Below are positions 53,401 through 64,000 of a stretch of DNA of 64,000 nucleotides, piece by piece. The DNA is from Acanthaster planci (taxonomy: Eukaryota): the NCBI RefSeq assembly GCF_001949145.1, contig NW_019091355.1, positions 4,971,518 through 5,035,517 of the forward strand. Direction: 5' to 3'. Positions within the stretch are counted from its first letter, which is position 1. Each line of letters starts with the position of its first letter. Position numbers and translations under genes: made by a program. The notes under the pieces are model-generated. The model ran no database searches. It saw only the letters and a program-made list of their open reading frames with translations, and was not told the DNA's origin.

Positions 53401-55125
53401 TCTTATGGCTACGTGGTTTTCTTGACTAAATAACGAAAGTCAAAGCTCAAGCTTACAACAATAAAAGATTTCTGAGGGCCAGCCCAGTCGGCATTATCAA
53501 TTCCAAGACATCATCGGATAGAATGAAGACCATTTGCATCAAAACAAATCTTGGAACCGCTCCATAAACACTCTGTACAGGACCACAAGACAGATTCAGT
53601 GGGGTAGACGCAGCACTGCTTTTTCTTTTTTCCTGTCTGAAAGTGTTCCTTGATCTGATTTCAAGCCAGCTTCCTGATTGGTCAGACCGCAGACATATAA
53701 AAACTGAGCCTCAGACGTAACTGATGCTTCTACAAAGAAGAGTCTCTTCCTCAATGGACTTAGTAAAACTCCATTGGTCCAAAAAATGGCAAAGAAATAA
53801 AAGTGCTCTCTGGCCAAGAGATCAAGACTATAATGGCACAAGTGAGAGACTGAAATAATTCAGAGGAGAGATGTACAAGGATAAAAGAATGAACATGGCC
53901 TTTTCTGTTGCTACAAATCACAGTCGCAATTTCTGCCAATCAGTGGGTATAAGCAAAAAGTATGGCTGGATGGCAGCACAAAACAAAGGAAAAGCTCATA
54001 AAGAGTTTAAAAATCTCACACTTCGTTCAAAACACCACATAAAATGTTATTACCGAATACTAATTGAAATACTCCCCCCCCATAATGCAATTGGGGTGAA
54101 CGTGCATTTTGAGGCAAAATCTGCACCAAGGATGAACTTTCGGCAAACTCTGGTCACCCATACAAGCAGTAGGCAATAAGAGAAAGTTCCACAGAACTAT
54201 GGGCATGGGGTCATGAGGGGTTATACTGTGTCCACCACCAATCTATTCACAAGTCCAGTCACCGAGCACCACAGGAAGATGAACGACAACAAAGGAATGT
54301 CTTATTCGTTACATTTACATGTCTAACTTGACTTTGACACTGGTTTGTCATTGATTTATGGGGAAACCAAGAGGAAACAAAGCAGACTAGTGAGGAGGAC
54401 TCCTGATGGACTCAGCAATACCACAACACCGGCACAATGTCCAAGGGTTTTGAAATGAGATTATCCAAGCATCCCAACACACATCAGGAATGCCCTGGAA
54501 CAAGAAAACTAATTCCGCTATAGTCACTGAGTTTCTTGCACTCTTTAGGGAGGCTTGCTTGTTTGTGTAAAAAGAAGCTGATTGGATAAATTGAATGATT
54601 GATTGCTAAAGTGCACGGAAAGGTGTGAAGTGCTCTCCTGAGGTGCCATTTTGACGGGGCGGGCAGAGGGGCAGGGCAGTGCCATGGGGGGGGGCAAAGG
54701 GGGCACGTGGGGTAGCACAGGGCGTCAAAGGGCAGCACTGCGAGGCATCAGTTACTTCCAACCAGTCCACAGATAAGACATGCACTGCGTGGTTCTTGAC
54801 CGACCGATGACCTCCACCGATCGGCATGTCCCAGACATGTTTGTTTGGCTGAACATGGTAGAGCATGAAATCTTGTGACGCATTTGTTTGGAAGAAAATT
54901 CCTCAGCGTACCTCTGAGCGACGGTTCAAATAAATACTGCTCCTCTGAGGTTGTCCTGTTCATTTACATGTACGTCTACAAGCAAGTACCTCTTGGTTGC
55001 TTTCTTTGCATGCAGTGGTTACTTGCAACCCTTTGACACCACCCCCAACTTCTCTAGATGTGTAAATGGGGACAATGAACACTACTACTAAAGGGTCTGT
55101 TTTTGGAGGGAAGGTCAGATCTTAC

Positions 55126-55251
55126 CGGAGTGGTCTCATCCTCGTGGTGATTCTCCTGGGCTGGCTGTCCATTGCATGGCTTGCTGCTTGTCTCTGGGGC
55201 CAGCTTCTCGGTAAACATGGCCGGCAGGCCTGACGTCTGTGGTAAACTCCG
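55126..55251 (-). CDS. RASGEF1B: RasGEF1-family gene, 5' coding exon (RSLPQTSGLPAMFTEKLAPETSSKPCNGQPAQENHHEDETTP); internal ATG at 55218
   Basis: On the minus strand: strong acceptor (T-tract...ttttgcag|) and donor CCG|gtaag; 126 nt, phase 0-0. LPQTS...AMF and PCNGQ resemble vertebrate RASGEF1 N-termini (MPQT...) as recalled. It joins in frame to the exon at 23594. Confidence 0.8.
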
Positions 55252-58200
55252 CTGCAAAAGCCAGAGAAAAAAAAAGAGCACACTTATTCCAGTTAATGCC
55301 TATTCCTGGTAACACCTAGAACGGCCACACTGTTCTCAGAGTTCTGTTCTGGGGCTTTCCACAAAAGTCTGAATTCTGGGTCAGGTCCTCCAACTGTACA
55401 AGTAAAGTACACCACTACCCTGGTCGTTTAGATTCAAATTCAGCATTGTGAAACCTTGCTGCTGAGTGCAAGGCCTGAATGGAAAAATTGTTCAAGCCTT
55501 CCCAGAGAAGCAGAATTGCAGACAACAGTCAACAAAGTATCTCCCTTGCCTGTGTGTGTCATTATATATGTAATGGACCCTGGCAAGGTCTCCCTTGTGG
55601 CCAAGCTGTTATTCCTATTAAGTCTGCACTCTCTGTAGTCTGTATGCCAGACTCCATTGTGCCTGCTCATTTATTGCTGGTTGAGCATTAAGATTGTGCC
55701 CCAAAATTCAGACTACAGCCATCCTTCCCGGCACAAAAATTTACCTTTACGTGACGTACTCCCTGGTATTTCTTCGACCTAAGAGAAGTTAAACTAACTT
55801 TGTCTAAACCGCGCATTAATTTTGAAATGATTTCCATGTTTGGACTTCAAAAAATTCACACTAGAAATTATGTGTGTCATGCTTCTTCAGTCCAATTACT
55901 GACAGAATTTGTTCAAGGAAGTTCAAGTAATAAATTCTTTGGATATTTTTTTATTCTGAATTTGGAAAAGAAAAATACATGTAGATTTGAGAATGCCATA
56001 TTTTAAAAATGTTAAAGAAATTTACTCCTCTTTCGACATCAACTGCGTTTTTCTCATTTGACTGCATCCAAATTACTTGGATACTGCTATATATCATGAA
56101 AGTCACTGGCAGAAATCTCCCACAGGCATGTGTGTTATTTCTAGCCCAAACCGAGTAGGCTACTTTTGACGCCGCCTAATCATTTTTTTCACCAACCTGG
56201 GGGGCCATTTCTATGACCTGCTCTGCACACAAATTGGCTATGAAGGACTGAATATATCTGCTCGACAAAAAAGGGCTCTCAGTTGATTTGTTTTTTGGTT
56301 TGTTTTTCTCTGCAATTGCACAATCAATTGCTGGGCAGTATTTTTCCTAATTAGAGCCGACAATATGTGAAAGTCAAAAGGTATACCCTGAACATCCTCT
56401 TTACAGAAACAAAATGCCAACTGTTCTCTACAAAACATTGCAAGAAGTTTAAAGAATTAATTCTTCAAGGAATTCAAAACCTGTATTGAACTAACAATTT
56501 GGAAGGAAATTGATTTTTTTACTTGCACATGCTTTGGGAAAGAGAATCGGAAAAGTGCACTGCCAGGTTTCCACAATGTTTTTCCCCTGTAAAGGTATGC
56601 ATTCCATAAGGACCACATAATTACATCCACACTGGAAGTTTCTGGCATGAAAATTTATGTTCTGTCATTTCCAATGCGATTCATTTCCCTAATCTACAGT
56701 TCCTTTTTTTTTTCTTTGGAGGGTGTAGAAAGGAGTCCCTGTTTCATGTCAAAACTGCCACTTTTTTCCCCCCAACAGCAGGGAAATACCTCCCGGCCCT
56801 GAAAAATATTCAGGATGCAAAGTTAAGATGGAGTTCAGGGTCACTGAGAGGCTCTGATGGCATAATCACCAAAAAATGTTAGTGCGGTCCCCAGCAATTT
56901 GGTCCAACAGCAGAAATTAATCATGCAGGGCCACTGCTGGGTTTTTATGACGGTCAGCAATTTGTCGAATGAGTTCATGGCTGGATTACTCATAGGAAAA
57001 GGGTCCACTGGGAGACAGTCCTGATGGACAGAATGTCACCTTTAGCCCATAAAAACCATGGCTTGAACTTCTGTCTCTCCAACAGAAAAAAATTACAACT
57101 GACAAATAAAAATGTGAGGGGAAATTATTCATTTCAGAGGTTTTCTGAACTCAGCACTTGATGACTTGCCAATTTCATCTCTGGTTGCGTACTTGTATCG
57201 ATGGCGTACCTGCCCCCCCCATGGAGTTTTGAGTAAGGTTTTGATATTTTAACCCCCCCCATCATAAATACATGTAGGCCCAAAGCCCGGCATTCATTTT
57301 TGAATTCTCCCCCCACTCCCACACACACACACACCAAAAACTGGACATGTACATGTTTGTATATGATATCTGATTAGTCATTTCTGTCCATCTTTATGGC
57401 TCTGATGCATTGTCAGAAGAATGAAACCAACAAACTTGAAAGCTGTAAATAAAGTGCTTCTTCAAACAAGTACCGGGTCCTAAGTGATCAAAAAGTCACA
57501 AAAGATCAGCCTATATGGAGAAGAAACCAAGGGGCTGCCTAAGGATAAATGCTGGGTCATTTTTAATGAACCTTTCAAGCTTTATCATCACTTAGTTCTT
57601 GTAAAGCTTCACACACATTTAATCATTCAAATTCAAGTACTATCTGCAACTGGTTTCAACACTTCCAAAGCTGCTCCCTTTAGTACCACAAAAAGTGGGT
57701 AACAGTGGATTACCAGAGAGAAAAAATAACTGCTGACTAACATCCAGTCCCACTGCAGGATAATCACAAAAATTCCTGAGAGAAGAGTGACAGGGATAAA
57801 AGTTCGCACGGACCGAAAACCCACAGTTTAAGCCCGATCTGATCTTGTGCATTTCTGGTGTCTGAACTGATCTCAAAGATATGGAAAAACATGTTTCTCA
57901 TCGCAGACTCTAAAAGAAACTTCAGTGTTTGACTGATTCACGGCCACACTCGTCTGGGTCATCTTATGGAAGAAACCCCCTATGACTACTGCATTCACTT
58001 CCTCCCCGCATCCCTGAGGAGGCGAGTGTTTCCCGATACCATCAGCCCTTTGATGGATCGATGGGTATCAACCGCAATGATGTACATGGAGCTTTCCTTA
58101 TCTTGGTTCTGAACCACCAAGGGAATTGAAAAAAAAAGAGTTCCTCACTGGTTTTGGTCTGTGCAGTCTGGTTATCCCCTGTTCATTGTGAGAAGCAATT

Positions 58201-61200
58201 AACGCAACCTGGCCAAGGTGCTACCTGGAATCCCCTAGGGAATGGACTCCCACATGCAAGAACCCCCTCATCAGAGGTGAGAAAGAACCAGGTTGGGTAA
58301 GTTTGAACAACATTGCCACACAATGAGCTAGCATGCCTATAAATATGTGCTATAATCAATGTCATATCCATGGGAACGTGTATGTGCATTGATGTGTTTA
58401 AATACTCAATAGGGCTGAATTCCAGAGTTGCTATAAGTATACCATTTATGCTAACAGAGGCCTCCCGTATTTCATGGAGACTGTAACTAGTAAGCACAGC
58501 AAAAGGCACCCTAACCTCAATGGAAAAATTTGCTTAACTTAGTGACGCAAGAGAGACTGTGAAATGTTTGCTATGCAATACGCTTACCGAAAAACACATT
58601 TTTGTGTTATAAAAATTTGCTTAATGGTAAGCAATGCCGCAAAATTGGGTGCAGGAATTGCTTGCAAACAGAGAATCCTCACTTGTCAACCGCGTCCCGA
58701 CCCACCGACTGAATCCGCCAGTCTGGCTGCCTGGTTGTTAATTGGTATCTGCTCTGTGCAAGAACAAAGAGATAGCATTTTTTTCCATAGCAACAATGCC
58801 CCTTTGGTAGGAACTCCTTGCCTGCACGAACAGGTTCATTCGAGCGTGGTGCAAGCCACACTGAACATGTCTACCCAATTTGATATTTGTTACCCACGCA
58901 AATATCCACGCTGAAAATATCTCATCAATAGATGGCACATTTCAAGGGACAACAGCCTTGTGCTATGTGGAGAAACGTTGGTAGAATCAAACACAGCACA
59001 GAAATGATCAGATATCACTTTCTGAAAGAGTGAAAGCCTAGAGAACAAAATCGAAGACCAAATATCAAAAGAAAAATCTGCTAAGGTCTTCAACCAAGAT
59101 TAGTACCTAGAATGAATATGGACCCAACTGAATCAACACCTGGACTGAGGGGGTGAAGAAGATCAAGTGAACTGGGTACTGGTGTAAATAAAAGTAACAG
59201 CCTCAAGGATGCTCAATGAGGTTTTACATGGTGATATAAAGATTGAAGCAGCCCCCAGCCATCAGCACAGTCTAGCAACTCGTGTAAATATTGTTACAAG
59301 GGGGAAGGCTTTCAACTGGAATATTGAGGGGATGCCTGAGCACTGGTTGGTGTAGCCCTGGGGTGTATGCAGCCTCACTAATTAGGTACCTTGTCTTTTG
59401 TTGCTTAACCGGGCTTTGTACAATGACCTGGGTGAAAGCAGCACCGCGGGGCCAAAGTGGGCGTAACTTGTCTGCACGCTCTCCTGACTGTTAGGGTGTA
59501 ACAGCCCAAAGGATTTTAAACATGGTTTATGAGGAAATCTGTCCTTAGGCCGAGGGAGGGGTGAAGTCTCAGCTGTCTGGGCCCTTCAGTTATACTGGCA
59601 TAAAAAGGCTTCTAAGTGAGATTTATTGAGATGGAAACCTGTATGTGAGAAATACAATTCTACTGTCTCCCGATTCCTAGGTCCTTGCGTAATGAGATGC
59701 AGTTTGCTTGATGTTCAGTTTAGGGATCCACGGTACGTTATCATCCACTTGGGTTTGACACCGAAGTTGATTACCACTGTGACAGGCAAAATGGGGGTCA
59801 AAAAAGAGCGATTGTCCCTGTGTGCCATATATGCTGCACAATGCTACTATCCATGGCGTAATGCTTCTAGGAGAGCTTTACTCAAATGAGAACATGAATG
59901 GTTGCCCATGTCGAAATAGACAATTTAATGTAGTTATTACATGAAATGTTTTCCTTCACGCTAAACACTCCTTAATCCTCCAATTTCAAAATGAGTTGGG
60001 GTTAGGGTTAAGTCCTCTCCTAATATGATTATACTGACACTGAGTCCAAGGATTACACTTGAAATCAAGTAAATGGATGATCTTGTTTTGTTCATCATCA
60101 AAAGTGATGCAGTAAATTTTACCTTCGGTTTTGACATTGGCAGAAGATATTACAGCATGTCCGTCTGTGTCTCTATGCTACACTGCGCATGACTGTTCCT
60201 GGCAAGTGAACTCCAGAAATGCTGTGTGTCCATATCATCATAAAATGAGCAATTAGCTTGGTGCTCACAATGAACCCAACCAAAGAAAAATTTACCCACT
60301 TGAAATCAGACTTGGGCACGACTGAGGTTGCCAGCATGCAGTTGTTACCCTAAGATCCACTGGGGAATACCCAGATTGAGTATCAGCGCCAGTCCCCCCC
60401 CCCACCCAACCTGAGGAAGTTCAGTCTAGCAACACCAGGCCTGGTGTGCAAGCCAGGATCCCCCACTCGTGTTTTAAGAAGTTTAAAAAAAAAAAAAAAT
60501 CAGTCATCGCCACTGTATAAAAGTTTGATCACTGGTAGGAAATGCATGATTCCTTTTCACCTTAGATATGGGTTTGAACACCTTTTCATGTTAAGTGTCT
60601 TTGTCACCTCTGTTGGAGTAAGTTTCACTCCCTTCAAAAAGGGAGTCACGCAGGCTTAACTTTCCAGGAGAACCTGATGATAAGCAGGTGTAAACTAAAC
60701 AACAGCCTCCTCTGCTGATTGATAGGAAAAACTGACAACAAATCCCAACAAATGGAGGGGAATGCAGAGACGGGCCCAAGCTTTTAGTTACCGTTAATTC
60801 TTCTGTTATTCCTCTCTTTTTATTTTCTTATCAATGATGGGTACATGCTTCATTCCCTCTCAGAATAACCTTGCCAGCAAGAATGCCAAACAAAGTAGTA
60901 TGGTTAGAAATTCGGAAGAGTCTCACTTTTTTAGGGGGGGGGATCTCAATTGATGGAAGCTTTCAGTAAACTGGAAGGTTCTGCAAAAGTGTGTCAAGTT
61001 TTTGTGGCGAAATCTTTGAGGGGATAGACTGAGATTGGAGAATAACAGCCCTGTCCCACCTCATGGCAACACAAGCAATTTTAGCAAAGACCTTCGAATG
61101 CAAGATGCTGGGACTGTATCCAATATTTCACCAGGGAGGGAAACATGGTAACTAGTTTGTTTGATATTACCAGCCCTAAGCCTCATATCACGTCAGTATA

Positions 61201-63312
61201 ACTTTGGAAACTGTGAACAAAAAGTCTCATAAAAGCACTCACTGAGGCACATACAGGTACATACTGTATAACTTGTCTCAATTTCTAGCTTTCAAAATGT
61301 GTATCTATGTACATGTAGTTTGCAACTTTGTTGATGTTCTTCCAGGAGCAGAAGTTCCAAGGACACATTTTTATTTAGAGGTTGCATGCACATATTCAGA
61401 TTACTGAAATAAAGATCCCCAATTAAACAATCCCCATTTAAACAAAGGTAGCTCCTTGAAAATTCTATTGACTACACGTCACAAAGGGGATGAAGGACCA
61501 GAGATTATACCTGGGTAAAAGACCATGGATGAGTAAGTCCTGACATTTTCCTGGGGAATAAGTGCCCCACGAATGTCCGACCTCCCCCCCCCAAAAAAAA
61601 AGAAACTACTGCCTTCAATTATCAGAAAGGAACCACAGACCAACCAGGGTTAAGTGGCAAGAAAAGTCAATTAGGAAACCGGAAGACATGACAAATGTGG
61701 TGCCTGTCTCACTTTGACTTCCACTCCAATTTCAAAGTTGGGATGAGGGTGAGGGTGGGGGGGGGAAGCAACCACCACCTGTCCAGAAATGTGTGTTACA
61801 TTACAAAGACATGGTGAAACAGTCAGGGGAGTCTTGCTGGGAGAGGGAAAGAGGACATAAATGTACCTTAGCAGGTGGGAACGGGTCATAGGGGTATTAC
61901 TCCACCCCCTCCCCCAACACACACACTCAGGTAGACAAGACAAGAAAAATAAAAGGTTTCATTGGAGTCAATACTTGCTGAGGAAGTGTCTTGGTAGTGT
62001 GGGTCCATATACTGGGAGCAGCAGCAAGGGATGTGCAACCCATGCAGTTACTAACGAAAGATTTGCTACTTGTAGCACCAGCTCACCTGTTTATGGCACA
62101 GAGCAAGTGTGGGTAGCTATTTTTCATCAGAATGCGCACAAATGTCTCCACAAAGTGTGCAGATAGAGGCTAATTCCCCAGAGCTAAGCCCAGAAACTAG
62201 ATAAGTTCCCAGAAAACATTTGCTTATGAAAAGCTGGGCATCAGCTTAAATGTCACATGATGCATGCATATTGCTTGTAACTGGCTCTCATTTGACTTTT
62301 GCTCAGTATGTAGCCTAAATCTGTTCCATTAAATTACCGTAAGCCCAGAGCACATCCAAGGGTTTTTCACACTTCCTGTTGTTAATGAACACGTAGGGGA
62401 TTTTCCAATTTCTGCATACAAGCCTTTAAGTACACATGCCAGCCTATGCCTACTCCACATAAACATTTGGGCCTCTGCTTGACTATCCTTTTTGCAATAC
62501 TGACAAACGAGGGACAAAATTGGTGAAGTTGGCAATTGAAAAAAAAAAAACGACTTGAAAACAGGTACATTCCTGGATTTTTTTACAACACACAAGCAGA
62601 GTTTCCAAGTAGTCTTAATTTTGCCGGTCCAAGCCAAAGCATGAATTCTGATACGAAAGGGACAAACAAAAGTGATGAAAAGGGAAACGAGTATTGGATT
62701 CAATCAACGGAATGAACAAAAAAGGGCTCCATAGCAGGAGAAATTCATTCTGTTACTCCTGCACTTACTTTTAAAGTCGTCAGTTGGCCGGACAAAAAAT
62801 GATTTCACAAGTAAGATTAATGTCCTTAAGCAGTGAAAACTACACCTGTCTGCAACATGATCTCCCCCACCATTGTCACAGCCATCATTATGCAACAGAG
62901 AAATGAAAGCACTTGTGAACTGTAATGACAGTTCACACGAGTTAACTCAGAGTGCGTTGGCGGGGTCAGCCCACCTGGCCACACACTCACGCATGTTCGT
63001 CAAGATTATGTAAATTACGCACGCATTGATGATTCTGCCCTGGCAAAGATTGCTGCACCATATGGAGCATTCTTCACACTTCAAAAGGGTGCAGGGAATC
63101 ATATAAATGCAAAATACATACACAGGGTCCTCCATGGTGGCAGGTACCACCCTGCATTCAGATGCACGGGGGGCTGTCGTAACTGTACACCGAGTCAATC
63201 CAATCATGGTCCGTGTTCCAATGAACAACGGGTAGCAACCAGCCAACTGTCACTGCATGCAACAGCAACAACCATCCTCATCAATTCAGTCAGCCATATA
63301 CACATTACTCAC

Positions 63313-63360
63313 CAGAATACGTCCTGCTAACCACTGGTAGCATAACAAAGGGAAATTCAT
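63313..63360 (-). CDS. Candidate upstream start exon of the RasGEF1 gene (MNFPLLCYQWLAGRIL)
   Basis: ATG plus 15 codons ending CTG|GTGAGT in phase 0, compatible with the acceptor at 55251. No homology support. Confidence 0.25.
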
Positions 63361-64000
63361 CCTGCAAATCACCCAACAATCTGATCTGTGTATTCAAGTT
63401 CAAGGAAGAAACTGCCTACCCATTTTTACATGATACATGATACATTTTTACATGAGGTTTCAAGTGCTAACGTGCTACATACATGTACGCACAGAATTTC
63501 TACTAAAACTGGTAATGTTAACAGTTCAAGTTAGCCATGACATAGTGTCACCATCGTCAAACTGACTCAACAATGGCAAGGAACAAATCCTTGACTCTTT
63601 TTCCAGGATGAGTGGTGTTCCTTTGTAATGCTACATGTGACATACTGACCTTGGTAAATACAAGAAGGATGCAGTGAGGTGTTTACACTTTGAACATTAG
63701 CCTTCGACAAAAATTTAGGATGAGATGACAGATGCTCAAACGGATTAAATAAAGATGGAGAAATGCATCACTGCAATCACGGTGAAGAAATAGCACCATT
63801 CGCCGCCGGTGAAATTAATTATCATCTGTGCTGGCATCTCTGATACAAGTCTAGGAGCATCCCCTTTCAAAATGGCATGTCATCTCCGATCTTCAACTAC
63901 AAGTTATTCAATTATGATGATGACGACTACCAAAGATACATGTACCCCTACGTACCATGTGGTCCGGCTCCCCGTCCTTCTTGCATCCCTGGCTGTGCTG

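Noticed and set aside
59996..60012. GGGTTAGGGTTA telomere-like motif
   Set aside because: Only two units; too short to call an interstitial telomere.

Overview
Eukaryotic (metazoan) genomic DNA, probably from a marine invertebrate; this is inferred from GT-AG introns, MITE/SINE content, poly-C/G tracts and abundant TACATGTA words. It has two assembly gaps (5015-5505, 12965-13520). Two convergent spliced genes can be reconstructed by hand. (1) A BolA1-like gene on + (coding exons 2005/2035-2094, 3800-3985, 4538-4642). Its C-terminal codons and stop are the first unit of a 6-unit higher-order tandem repeat. (2) A RasGEF1-family (RASGEF1A/B/C-like) gene on -, with 12 in-phase coding exons from 55251 to the stop at 9354 (about 475-486 aa). 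It has a 31.5-kb and an 8.2-kb 5' intron. The large intron holds several candidate phase-0 alternative first exons or recursive splice sites. The rest is intronic or intergenic sequence with non-autonomous elements: a hAT-like element with a 5-bp TSD, a fully hairpin MITE, pogo/Harbinger-like ends, a tRNA-SINE head and a LINE 3' tail. Almost all of the six-frame ORFs are spurious. I found no prokaryotic-type system such as CRISPR or an operon. The best leads are the BolA stop-spanning repeat and the N-terminal isoform architecture of the RasGEF1 gene.
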